A stretch of DNA of 46,996 nt, from positions 1 through 46,996 of IMG/VR virus record IMGVR_UViG_3300012157_000003; one strand, written 5' to 3'. This DNA is from a virus (taxonomy: Duplodnaviria; Caudoviricetes). The notes below the pieces were generated by a model. It searched no databases, was not told the DNA's origin, and worked only from the letters and a program-made list of their open reading frames with translations. A program made the position numbers and the translations under genes. Positions 28,896-38,295 of the stretch are shown one piece after another. Position 1 is the stretch's first letter. Each line of letters opens with the position of its first letter.

Positions 28896-30076
28896 AAAAG
28901 TTGCTTATAGCAATTTTATTCGTTTCATTTATTGCGTTACCAAGCGCGCAGGACTTTGTATTTGGTCCTTATGAAGTTAGTACTGTTCAGAATGCTAATG
29001 AAGGATCTAATACTACTCTTAATGCTGCCGGAGAAAGTGGAGCTACGGTTGGTTATATTTGGTTAGCTAATCAAGCTAGTGGTACTAGAGTTTGTTCTTC
29101 AGCTGGTGGTTGTCAAATTGGATTGCCAGTTGGTTCTGTTACCTGGGCTAATGTTGCTTCTAATCTTAGATTAGGTTTTCAGGATGTAGATTTAACAACT
29201 GGCTTTGAAGATGGAACATTTGATGTAGAAGCAAACCTAGTACCAGGTACAGAGGCTATTGCATCTAATACTGTTGTTTTCTATTCAATGGAAAGTAATA
29301 GTAAAACTATTACACCTTATACTACTCCTTATGCGCTTGTAGCTGAATTAACAGCTCGCGCAGGAGCAGATTCTGTTGCATTAGAAAGATTAACTCGTAA
29401 TGTTATTCCATTTGGGTTTCCCTATGGTACGGGGGATACAGGAGCGTTAGCTAGAACATTTGAGCCCACACCCTTTATTATTAAGTTTGATGATGGAACT
29501 ATTGGATGGTTTCAACAAGTTACACCATCAAGAAACTTTGCATTAGGTAGAACTACATTATCAGTTAATACTGGGACTAATCCCGATGAAATAGGTGCAA
29601 TTGCTGTTTCACCTATTGGAATGGTCATTGATTGTTTTGGTCATTGGTTAAATTCTGTTGCTACTACTGATACATTTGAATTTGCTATTTATGAAAACCC
29701 TCTTACTACAACTCCTGATGTTATTTGGGGTCCTATTACAGTAGATCCTGATCAGGTATTAAGTGATGGTATTGTAAGACAATGTGAGGATAACTTAACC
29801 ATATTACCCAACGTAGAATATGGTTATATGTTTAAGCCTACAAGTGTAAATAGTATTACATATGAATTCTTTACATTGCCATCTGGAACAGGCATGGCAG
29901 CAGCAATGAAGAAAGCTCAATTCTTTACCAGTATTATTCAAGCTGGTAGAATAGATGGAACTGGTATTTTTACGGAAACAGACGCTCTTCATTTGCCATC
30001 TTTTTTTCTTCACATAGTTTCATTTATTGAAACAGAATATGGTAATAGTTTTCCAGCATTACTCTTAGCTCCATGA
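28892..30076 (+). CDS. Signal-peptide-bearing beta-rich protein, paralog B
   Basis: ATG at 28892 (ATGA overlap); MKKLLIAILFVSFIALPSA|Q; 4 Cys; shares CSSAG, DGTFDV, LVPGTE, TARAGAD and GFPYG with paralog A. Confidence 0.7.
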   Translation: MKKLLIAILFVSFIALPSAQDFVFGPYEVSTVQNANEGSNTTLNAAGESGATVGYIWLANQASGTRVCSSAGGCQIGLPVGSVTWANVASNLRLGFQDVDLTTGFEDGTFDVEANLVPGTEAIASNTVVFYSMESNSKTITPYTTPYALVAELTARAGADSVALERLTRNVIPFGFPYGTGDTGALARTFEPTPFIIKFDDGTIGWFQQVTPSRNFALGRTTLSVNTGTNPDEIGAIAVSPIGMVIDCFGHWLNSVATTDTFEFAIYENPLTTTPDVIWGPITVDPDQVLSDGIVRQCEDNLTILPNVEYGYMFKPTSVNSITYEFFTLPSGTGMAAAMKKAQFFTSIIQAGRIDGTGIFTETDALHLPSFFLHIVSFIETEYGNSFPALLLAP

Positions 30077-30077
30077 A

Positions 30078-30482
30078 ATGCAAAATGACAAAAAAGATTA
30101 TCTTATAGAATTAGATAGGATAGTTGAAAGACAAATCAAAGTTTATGGGGACTTATTAGATAGAATAGCTGAGGAAGTTCGTAGTGAGGGATTAAATAAG
30201 TTAGCGGATAAAATTGGAATTCTTAAAGTTAATTATGGATTGGAAAAGTATATTGGGGGTAAAGAATCAGAATTTAATCTGAGAGAACCTTATAATTGGG
30301 AAGAATCTTATAATCGAGTACTAAGTATCTTTTCTAAAGAAAAGGGAATTCAATATAAGAAATCAGATATCTTTACCAAGTTAAATGGTAAGTTAACCGA
30401 AGTTATGTGGAATAAAGTAATCCGCAAATTGCAACGCGAAAATAAAATTAAGCGCGTGGGATTATTTTATTGGATGGAATGA
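30078..30482 (+). CDS. Hypothetical protein with possible C-terminal winged helix
   Basis: 134-aa charged ORF. Confidence 0.55.
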   Translation: MQNDKKDYLIELDRIVERQIKVYGDLLDRIAEEVRSEGLNKLADKIGILKVNYGLEKYIGGKESEFNLREPYNWEESYNRVLSIFSKEKGIQYKKSDIFTKLNGKLTEVMWNKVIRKLQRENKIKRVGLFYWME

Positions 30483-30673
30483 TGAGTTTATTACCACCAA
30501 CATGGGGTGACGTAGTTTCCGTAATAGTTTTTCTTGTTACGTTACATATGTATCATACTCGAAATGTTGCTCGGTTTGCTAAGTTGGAACTTAAGGTTGG
30601 TCTTATGTGGAGCCAACTTAAATCTAGATTAAATATTCATACGGATGATGAGGATGAAAATGGCGAAGGGTGA
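30479..30673 (+). CDS. Single-TM membrane protein (holin/antiholin-like)
   Basis: N-terminal hydrophobic helix, short coiled coil and acidic tail. Confidence 0.5.
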   Translation: MMSLLPPTWGDVVSVIVFLVTLHMYHTRNVARFAKLELKVGLMWSQLKSRLNIHTDDEDENGEG

Positions 30674-31790
30674 TTGGTGGAAACCTAAGCCGGTAAGATA
30701 TGCACTTGAAGTGCAATTAACTCCGGGTGTGTTTTCTGTTATTGATACGAATACTAATGAAGTTTATTATACTAATGATCAGGGTTATGTTCGTATTACC
30801 CAACCCCAAGGAAGAGAAGTAGATTTTACTTTAGTAGCTGATGGTTTTCATCCATATCATTTTGGTTGGCATTTTCCCATTCCTAATCATCGAATGGATC
30901 TTACGTTAGAACCTATTATCATTGTTCCTATTCCTGAACCTATCCCAGAACCAACTGGACCAATATTAGGTGATTGGTTAACTTGTCATCATCCTGATGG
31001 AAAAATTCTTTACCCATCAGTTTATCCTGTGGCTTCGCCAGAGTTAAGAGTAAGAATTATTGAAGCCCTAAAGCATAATAAGTATACAGATACATTTGTT
31101 GATGTAGCTTATAGTGCACGAAATAACGATGAAGTTTTTCAACATCCTGGTTGGAATTATTTAACTAGTGACCCACAGCCATTTATTGATGCATGTAATG
31201 AATTGCGTGCGCATGGTATTAGATGTATTGCAATGGTTGGTTATCAGAAAGATATTGCTCCCCCTTTTGATGAATTTAAAATTCAACTTGAAAACTTCCT
31301 TCAAAGAACTGGTAATTTGTTAAGTGGAGTAGTAGCAGGAGCAGAAGCTGAAGAATATTGGAAGTTTGATGAAATTGGAGAAGTTCTTAAACTTTCTGCG
31401 CAGTTTACTACAGGATTCTTAGGTTATCATGGTGGCAGAAATTCTTGGGGACCAGATGGTGGGCAATCTACAGAATGGAAACCAGGTGGTAGACAAGTTT
31501 CATGGTGGAAATGGTTGAAAGAACTAATTCCCAATAGGGAGTTATTACTGTTCTTTCAATATGACCACTTTATTAAGTACTCGAATGGGGGATTTTCAAC
31601 CTCCGATGCTCACATTATCGCGGATACTGAAATTTTAGTTACGCAAGAACGATTGGGTGGGTTAGGTATTAAGATTGTTGCAGCTGAACATAACTATCTT
31701 ACACCTGACCATATGAGTAAGCATTCTGGTAATGTAGCATTTAATGCCGGTGCAAGTGGCGGACGAATTAATGGAGGCTCCCTTCAATGA
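30660..31790 (+). CDS. MAKGD-start protein: small beta domain, PIPEPIPEP linker and putative glycoside-hydrolase-like TIM barrel
   Basis: ATG at 30660 after GAGGA; alternating beta/alpha pattern with Glu after strands (VVAGAEAEE, IVAAEH) as in clan GH-A. Confidence 0.55.
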   Translation: MAKGDWWKPKPVRYALEVQLTPGVFSVIDTNTNEVYYTNDQGYVRITQPQGREVDFTLVADGFHPYHFGWHFPIPNHRMDLTLEPIIIVPIPEPIPEPTGPILGDWLTCHHPDGKILYPSVYPVASPELRVRIIEALKHNKYTDTFVDVAYSARNNDEVFQHPGWNYLTSDPQPFIDACNELRAHGIRCIAMVGYQKDIAPPFDEFKIQLENFLQRTGNLLSGVVAGAEAEEYWKFDEIGEVLKLSAQFTTGFLGYHGGRNSWGPDGGQSTEWKPGGRQVSWWKWLKELIPNRELLLFFQYDHFIKYSNGGFSTSDAHIIADTEILVTQERLGGLGIKIVAAEHNYLTPDHMSKHSGNVAFNAGASGGRINGGSLQ

Positions 31791-32068
31791 ATAATGAATC
31801 GATTATTGCAATTGGTAGTGTGGTTGGAGCATTAAGTAAGTTTCTACAGATGACAACTTTTATTAAGGGCCCGTGGATTGTATTGGTTTCTATGCTTACA
31901 ACCACGTTAGTGTTTTCTATTTGGGGATATTCCCACGGTGATTTTGCTAGAGATACTACCTGGGATTATTTCACCGCTTGGGTTACGACATTAGGCTTAT
32001 CTGCTGCAGGCTATCATGGTACTGAGGAAGCAGTTAAGAAAGTTGTTGAAGTTAGTAATCGAGGTTAA
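31787..32068 (+). CDS. Holin-like membrane protein
   Basis: 93 aa, 2-3 hydrophobic helices and a charged C-terminus. Confidence 0.6.
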   Translation: MNNESIIAIGSVVGALSKFLQMTTFIKGPWIVLVSMLTTTLVFSIWGYSHGDFARDTTWDYFTAWVTTLGLSAAGYHGTEEAVKKVVEVSNRG

Positions 32069-32070
32069 TA

Positions 32071-32505
32071 ATGTATCAATATCAATCGTTCAAAGCAATG
32101 ATTGCATGCTGGGGAGTTGCATTAGTTATTGCATTAAGTATTAATGCTTGTGCAGGATTTAAGCCAGCAGTTAAGAGACTTGGTGATGCTACTTATGAAG
32201 CCGTATTAACCGCGAGGAATACAGCGGATAATATGGTTGCTAATGGTAGTATGAGTAAGATTCAAAGGCAAGAGTTTGCTAAGAATATTACTGTACCTAC
32301 CCTTACCATTCTTGAGCAAGCAATTATTGATACTCTTGCATGGAAAGAGGGAGAGCCTATTCCAGAGAACGTTAGTAGGTTAATAGGGCAACTAACTAAA
32401 AGTGCGGATGATATTCTAAAGACTTTTGGTAAAGATTCTAATCTCCATAGTAATATGCTAAAAGCTAAGAGTGCTGCGCAAGAATTCTTAGATAAGGTGC
32501 AATAA
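32071..32505 (+). CDS. Lipoprotein (possible spanin/lysis accessory)
   Basis: Hydrophobic stretch ending in lipobox-like INA-C; helical body. Confidence 0.6.
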   Translation: MYQYQSFKAMIACWGVALVIALSINACAGFKPAVKRLGDATYEAVLTARNTADNMVANGSMSKIQRQEFAKNITVPTLTILEQAIIDTLAWKEGEPIPENVSRLIGQLTKSADDILKTFGKDSNLHSNMLKAKSAAQEFLDKVQ

Positions 32506-32777
32506 TGACTAAAGAACAATTGGCAATTCTTGCATTGCAGGCGGGATTTGAAGCATTGTTAGGATTATTCCGTCGTCATCAACAGGGAGAAAATGTGACG
32601 GCGGATCTTGATGCATTGCTTAAGAAAGTTCAATCTCTTAAAGCAGAAGAAGAGTTTATTGCTAATGAAGATTTAGGTACGGGATCGGTTGGTAGTGATC
32701 CTAATCCTTTAATTAATCCTGGTAATAAGCCTCTAACTACTGAAGAATTAATCAAAGGTCTTAAAGTAGAAGACTAA
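32505..32777 (+). CDS. Hypothetical protein
   Basis: 90 aa with amphipathic N-terminal helix; coupled on both sides. Confidence 0.55.
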   Translation: MTKEQLAILALQAGFEALLGLFRRHQQGENVTADLDALLKKVQSLKAEEEFIANEDLGTGSVGSDPNPLINPGNKPLTTEELIKGLKVED

Positions 32778-34423
32778 TGCCTTTCGTTAATAACCAATGG
32801 AAACCGAATAGAAAACAAGCAGAGTTTTTAGCTCTGCCTGATAGTATTAGAGAAGGTTTCTATGGTGGAGGTGCAGGTTCGGGAAAGAGTGAGGTACTTC
32901 TCGTTTATCCTTTGATTCGTAAATACTACGAGAATCCTAGATTCAAGCAAGTATTTATGAGGAGGACGTATCCCGAATTACGTAACGAGATTGTACCTCG
33001 CTCACGTGAATTTTATCTTAAGTTTGGTGCGAAATTTAATAAATCGGAGATGTCGTGGACTTTTCCACGTGAAGATCAATATGGATCAGGATCAGAACCG
33101 AATGGAGCGGTAATATATTTAGGCCATTGTGAGAACGAGGATGACGTTCACAAATATGATAGTATGGAGATTAATCTCTATACACCCGACGAACTTACCT
33201 CGTTTTCAGAATGGATATACCTATATATAGCAATGACCCGTGTTAGGGCTGCGATTAATAGTGGATTACCTTCTATCATTAGATCAGCAGGAATGCCCGG
33301 TGGTATGGGGCATACATGGGTTAAAAAGAGATTCGTTGATGCTTATCCAAAAGGTGGAAAAACTCTTGTAGGTAAGGGTGGTAATAAGAGGATTTATATT
33401 CATTCTACCCTCGCGGATAATGAATATATTGACCCAAATTATCAGCAATCTCTTGAAGCGTTACCAGAGGCGGAGAAACAAGCTAAGAAGTATGGATCAT
33501 GGGATGCATATCTTGGACAGGTATTTGAGGAGTTTAGAGATAGACATTATCCTGATGAGCCTGAACATGCTGTGCATCTTATTGATCCATTTGAGATTCC
33601 AGATTATTGGCCAAAGATTATTTCTATTGACTGGGGATTTGCACCACCGGCAGCTACTTCAATACAATACTTAGCAATATCTCCTGAACGTAGAGTAATT
33701 GCTTATGAAGAAGATTGGTTTCAAAAAACAAAGATCGAAGAATGGTGTTCAGTTATCAAACCGAAAGTTGACTTGGCCGATCCAAAAGTTATCAAGCTCT
33801 GCCAAAGCGCGGGGCAACAAAGAGGAGATGAACATACAATTCGGCAACAAATTGAGAGTGCTTTAGGAAGGTCTGTAGATCTTACTTCTAATCAAGCGGG
33901 CTCAAGAGTAGCAACGAAAATGTTGCTACATGAATATTTTAGATGGACTCAAAAGCATAAAGCATCAATAGAAAGACTTCCATATGATCAGGAGTTTGCG
34001 GAATTTACTCTTAGGAATCATGGAGTTGAGGCATATCATAATTATCTGGCCTCCTTTAGTGAGATACCTGATGAGAATAATCTTCCCAAACTTCTGATCT
34101 TTAAGACGAAAGATGGAACGGATAGAAAATTAGTACAAGCGATTAAGTCATGTGTTTACGATAAAACAAATCCTCAAGACGTTTCAGAATTTGAGGGTGA
34201 TGATCCTTACGATGCTATTAGGTATGGAGTAGATGCGGCTGATAGATTCTTTAATGAAGCCGGAGATGCCCAAAAGAGATTTGATAGACAGCAAAAGTTA
34301 ATAGCTCAGCTTCAATCTACTGGTGATATGACGGCGTTTTATAGAAACGCAAAAAGAATTGAAAGTGAAGGAGTCACAATGGCAGTAAGAAGATTTCATA
34401 AAGGAAGAAGGCTTCATGTTTAA
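32777..34423 (+). CDS. terL: Terminase large subunit
   Basis: Walker A GGGAGSGKS, RRTYPEL, Walker B TPDELT, MPGGMGHTWVK, nuclease motifs SIDWG and DDPYDAIRY. Confidence 0.95.
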   Translation: MPFVNNQWKPNRKQAEFLALPDSIREGFYGGGAGSGKSEVLLVYPLIRKYYENPRFKQVFMRRTYPELRNEIVPRSREFYLKFGAKFNKSEMSWTFPREDQYGSGSEPNGAVIYLGHCENEDDVHKYDSMEINLYTPDELTSFSEWIYLYIAMTRVRAAINSGLPSIIRSAGMPGGMGHTWVKKRFVDAYPKGGKTLVGKGGNKRIYIHSTLADNEYIDPNYQQSLEALPEAEKQAKKYGSWDAYLGQVFEEFRDRHYPDEPEHAVHLIDPFEIPDYWPKIISIDWGFAPPAATSIQYLAISPERRVIAYEEDWFQKTKIEEWCSVIKPKVDLADPKVIKLCQSAGQQRGDEHTIRQQIESALGRSVDLTSNQAGSRVATKMLLHEYFRWTQKHKASIERLPYDQEFAEFTLRNHGVEAYHNYLASFSEIPDENNLPKLLIFKTKDGTDRKLVQAIKSCVYDKTNPQDVSEFEGDDPYDAIRYGVDAADRFFNEAGDAQKRFDRQQKLIAQLQSTGDMTAFYRNAKRIESEGVTMAVRRFHKGRRLHV

Positions 34424-34757
34424 GTGGCTTCATCATTTATTTAATCCCCATTGTGAATTTTGCAGGCTTGAAAGAGAATGCAAAAATTGCGATATGATGA
34501 GGGAAGAACTTGCTAAGGAACGTGCTGAAAAGATGGCTGTATTAAATAGGCTTCTTGAAACAACTATTAAGCCTAATGAAGTTATTCATGAACCACCCGA
34601 AGGATTAAAGCCTATTCAAATAGGTAGGAAACATACTCCTTGGGATGTTCGTAGAGCTGAATTAGAAGCTCAGCATAAGATTAAGGTTGAGAAAGTAGAA
34701 AGTCAAGTAGGCGATATTGAGCGTCTTGAAAAAGAATTAGGAGTCTCTAATGGCTAA
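34416..34757 (+). CDS. Hypothetical protein (Cys cluster plus coiled coil)
   Basis: HCEFC...CKNC. Confidence 0.6.
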   Translation: MFKWLHHLFNPHCEFCRLERECKNCDMMREELAKERAEKMAVLNRLLETTIKPNEVIHEPPEGLKPIQIGRKHTPWDVRRAELEAQHKIKVEKVESQVGDIERLEKELGVSNG

Positions 34758-35025
34758 GGGTGATGAATTAAATAAGAAGCCTATGACTAATAATCCTTTT
34801 ATGCCTCAAATGGGTCAAGGATTAACATCCCAGCCTTTTGGAAGTGGTATGCAAGGAGGAAATATTCTCCAATCATTAATGCCATTCTTAGCACAAATGC
34901 AACAACAGCAAAATCAGGGTATGGGTCAAGGAATGATTCAACCCGGAAGCCCTGTTAATAGAGCCATTAAAAGTGCTGGAGCCATTACTAATGCTAGAAA
35001 AAGATTAAGAGGGGAAGGTCAATAA
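34750..35025 (+). CDS. MAKGD-start low-complexity (M/Q/G/P) protein
   Basis: 91-aa ORF with RBS AGGAG. Confidence 0.65.
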   Translation: MAKGDELNKKPMTNNPFMPQMGQGLTSQPFGSGMQGGNILQSLMPFLAQMQQQQNQGMGQGMIQPGSPVNRAIKSAGAITNARKRLRGEGQ

Positions 35026-35981
35026 TGGCTAAAGGAGATCCAGTTAGAAATCCTAAGTATGGGGGTTCTCAACAGGGAAATCCCTATCAACAGTTAAATC
35101 CCGAGACGGGGGAATTAGAATATAGACCTGGGGATATGCAAGAAATTTCTCCTAATAATCAGCATCAAAACTTAGGTATGGCATTTGGTAAAACTGCAGG
35201 GCAATTATTTGATCCTCGTAAATCTGCATTGCCTTATCTTTTACCTTTATCTATGGCTATGAGTTCAGCCGGTGGTGCAGGTGCAACATTAGGACAAACT
35301 GGAGGATTTAGTGGATCTTCTATGGGTTCTGTACCTGGACAGATGTCTCAAAGTTTAATGCCACAGTTATCTAGTAATGCTATGAAGGGTGCAAGTTTTT
35401 TACCTGGTGGAGCTGGTGGTGCGGGTTCTGGCGCTGGAATGTTAGGTGGTGGAATTAATAGTGCGGGTGGATTAGGATCTATTCTTAGTAAGTTTGCTAA
35501 GGGTGGAGTTGGTAAAGATTTAATGAAGCGCGGCGCAAACTATGGAATGAATGCTATTGCTAATCGAGGCGGTAATACTCCACAAGGTAATGCTTTTGGT
35601 TTGGATAGATTATCTTCATTATTTCCAGGTCAGGGTCAAGGGTTAACTAATTCAATTAATGAGGGACGTTCTAGAGCTAGCGATTCTATCAATAGAGCAT
35701 CTCAGAGATTTAATCCTAATCCTATGATGGCTGGAGATGGAATGGGTGCAGGGATTGCTCTTCCACCATCTATGGCTCCTATGCAAGGATTTAATCCTAT
35801 GGGTGGGGATAGGATGAGTATGATTAGTAGAGATGGCATGAGCGGGGGTACATCATTATTTCCTAGTAGTAATAATAGTACATTACCTAATCAAGCGAAT
35901 AACCCATACTTACAAAGACCAGGATTCTTAAGTTCTTTAATGGGTGGTAGCTCCGGCATGATGCGTGGCTTTAATGGCTAA
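35025..35981 (+). CDS. MAKGD-start low-complexity (G/M/S/N/Q) protein, ejection-protein-like
   Basis: 318-aa ORF coupled to both neighbours. Confidence 0.65.
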   Translation: MAKGDPVRNPKYGGSQQGNPYQQLNPETGELEYRPGDMQEISPNNQHQNLGMAFGKTAGQLFDPRKSALPYLLPLSMAMSSAGGAGATLGQTGGFSGSSMGSVPGQMSQSLMPQLSSNAMKGASFLPGGAGGAGSGAGMLGGGINSAGGLGSILSKFAKGGVGKDLMKRGANYGMNAIANRGGNTPQGNAFGLDRLSSLFPGQGQGLTNSINEGRSRASDSINRASQRFNPNPMMAGDGMGAGIALPPSMAPMQGFNPMGGDRMSMISRDGMSGGTSLFPSSNNSTLPNQANNPYLQRPGFLSSLMGGSSGMMRGFNG

Positions 35982-38295
35982 AAAAGAGTACTCCGAAGAA
36001 GTTAAACAGTCTCTTAAAACTCTCGCGGATAGATATGGGAGAGAGGATCTTTCTGCGCGTGAGAGACAAATACGTCAATGGCGTAAGTTAAAGTATTATT
36101 GGGATGGATTCCAGAGAGTTTTCTGGAGTGAAATTGCTCATGATTGGCGCGTTTGGGATGGCGATAGTAACAAAGATTCTTCGGATCAGGGTGCTTATTA
36201 TGATAAGCCAATAAATATTTATAGGGCTTATCTAGAGTCTATTATTGCTGCGTTAAGTGTTAATGTACCATCAATTATTTGCTATCCAGACGATGCAGAG
36301 AATTCAGACGATATGTCTACGGCGAAAGCCGGTAATGAAATTTGTAAGTTAATTTATAGGCATAACGATGCACCGCTTCTTTGGATTAATGCGCTCTATG
36401 TTCTTTGTACTGAAGGGCTGGTTTTTGCCTATAACTATACAAAAGAAGACAAATCGTATGGTACTTACAAAGAAGATATCTACAAAGACGAAGAAGTAGA
36501 TAAGGAATATAAAGTCTGTCCGGTTTGCAATATAAGACTTGAAGATAAAGAAACAAGTGATCTTGGAAGGGATACATTTGATCCAGGGGAAAGTGATATC
36601 TTATCTCAGAGTGTTTTAGAAGGAACAGATATTTGTCCGGAATGCCAATTAATGATTACTCCTTCAATTCAGAAGGAGAAGATGATTGTCAATAGGTTAG
36701 TAGAACAAAAAGATGTTCCTAAAGCGCGACAGTGCATTGAAGTTTATGGAGGGCTTTATTGTAAAGTAGCAAGTTATGCTAAGACCCAAAAAGGAACTCC
36801 ATACTTAATCTTCTCTCATGAGACTAACGTCGCGAATGCTATTGATAGATTTGGTAATTTAGATGGTAAGATAAGACCAGGAGATGATAGTAATTCTAAT
36901 AGTAACGACTCCTATGAAAAATGGGGAAGGATGCCCGTTCAAAATACGGGGGATGATTCAGATAATGTTGTTACTATCAGAACTGCATGGTTAAGACCTT
37001 GTTCATTTTCTGTATTAAACGAAGATTGTAGGAAAGAATTAGATAAAGAATTTCCTAATGGCTGTAAGGTTACGTTCGTTAATGATCACTTCGCAGAGGC
37101 TTGTAATGAGGATCTTGATGATCATTGGACATTAACGTATAATCCATTAAGTGATTATTTGTATTATGAACCATTAGGTCAGTTATTAGTAAGTGTTCAA
37201 GATATTACTAATGATCTGATAAACCTTACCCTTCAAACTATTGAGCATGGAATCGGCCAAACATTTGCTGATCCCCAAGTATTAAACTTTGCTCAGTATG
37301 GAGATACAGAAGTTAATCCGGGGATGATATTCCCTGCTAAAGCAATATCAGGTAAGAATCTTGGGGATGGATTCTTCCAATTTAAAACTGCAACTCTTAG
37401 TGCTGAAGTAATGCCATTTGCTGAGAAAGTTCAACAAATGGGACAAACAGCATCCGGGGCTCTTCCATCATTATTTGGTGGTGCTCAACCAAATAGTTCT
37501 AAGACTGCTGCCCAGTATTCTATGAGTCGTAATCAAGCATTACAGCGCTTACAGAATAACTGGAAGATGATGACTTTCTGGTGGAAGAATATTTTTAGTA
37601 AGGTAATACCCGCTTATATCAAGAACGTAGTCGAAGACGAGAAGTATGTTGAAAAGGATAAGACAGGGAATTTCATTAATGTTTTTGTTCGTACTTCTCA
37701 ATTGAATGGTAGGATTGGAAGCGTAGAACTTGAGGGTTCAGAACAACTTCCTATTACATGGGCTCAGCAAAAAGATGCTATTATGCAACTTTTACAAGCC
37801 GGGCACGAGGATGTTTTAAGAGCTCTCTTTTCCCCAGAAAATATTCCTCTTGTTGTTCAAGCAATTGGGCTTAATGATTTTGAAATTCCTGGAGAAGATG
37901 ATAGACAGAAGCAATATGAAGAAATCAAAATTCTTATGGATTCAGAGCCAATAGAGATTCCGCCTAGTGGTCCTGTAGATACACAAAATCCAGAAGCTAT
38001 GCAACCACAAATGGTACCTAGTGTACCAATTGATGAAATGGTTGATAATCATGATATCGAAGCGGATATTTGTAGGCGTTGGCTCGTAAGTAGTGCAGGT
38101 AGATTAGCCAAAATTGAAAATCCAAAAGGCTATCTTAATGTGCTCTTACACATGAAAGAACATATTAATATTCTCACAATGCAAGAAGAAGCTGCTATGG
38201 CTCAACAAGCTGCTGCACAGCCCAAGCAGAATCAAAATAACAGTAAACCTGCAGCACAAAAGGTGAAAGATGGCAAACAATCCATTGCAAGTTGA
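35974..38295 (+). CDS. Portal protein (P22-like) with zinc-ribbon insertion
   Basis: Position after terL; size; LVSVQDITNDL, SKTAAQYSM and Q/A-rich tail; CPVC...CPEC insertion. Confidence 0.85.
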   Translation: MAKKEYSEEVKQSLKTLADRYGREDLSARERQIRQWRKLKYYWDGFQRVFWSEIAHDWRVWDGDSNKDSSDQGAYYDKPINIYRAYLESIIAALSVNVPSIICYPDDAENSDDMSTAKAGNEICKLIYRHNDAPLLWINALYVLCTEGLVFAYNYTKEDKSYGTYKEDIYKDEEVDKEYKVCPVCNIRLEDKETSDLGRDTFDPGESDILSQSVLEGTDICPECQLMITPSIQKEKMIVNRLVEQKDVPKARQCIEVYGGLYCKVASYAKTQKGTPYLIFSHETNVANAIDRFGNLDGKIRPGDDSNSNSNDSYEKWGRMPVQNTGDDSDNVVTIRTAWLRPCSFSVLNEDCRKELDKEFPNGCKVTFVNDHFAEACNEDLDDHWTLTYNPLSDYLYYEPLGQLLVSVQDITNDLINLTLQTIEHGIGQTFADPQVLNFAQYGDTEVNPGMIFPAKAISGKNLGDGFFQFKTATLSAEVMPFAEKVQQMGQTASGALPSLFGGAQPNSSKTAAQYSMSRNQALQRLQNNWKMMTFWWKNIFSKVIPAYIKNVVEDEKYVEKDKTGNFINVFVRTSQLNGRIGSVELEGSEQLPITWAQQKDAIMQLLQAGHEDVLRALFSPENIPLVVQAIGLNDFEIPGEDDRQKQYEEIKILMDSEPIEIPPSGPVDTQNPEAMQPQMVPSVPIDEMVDNHDIEADICRRWLVSSAGRLAKIENPKGYLNVLLHMKEHINILTMQEEAAMAQQAAAQPKQNQNNSKPAAQKVKDGKQSIAS

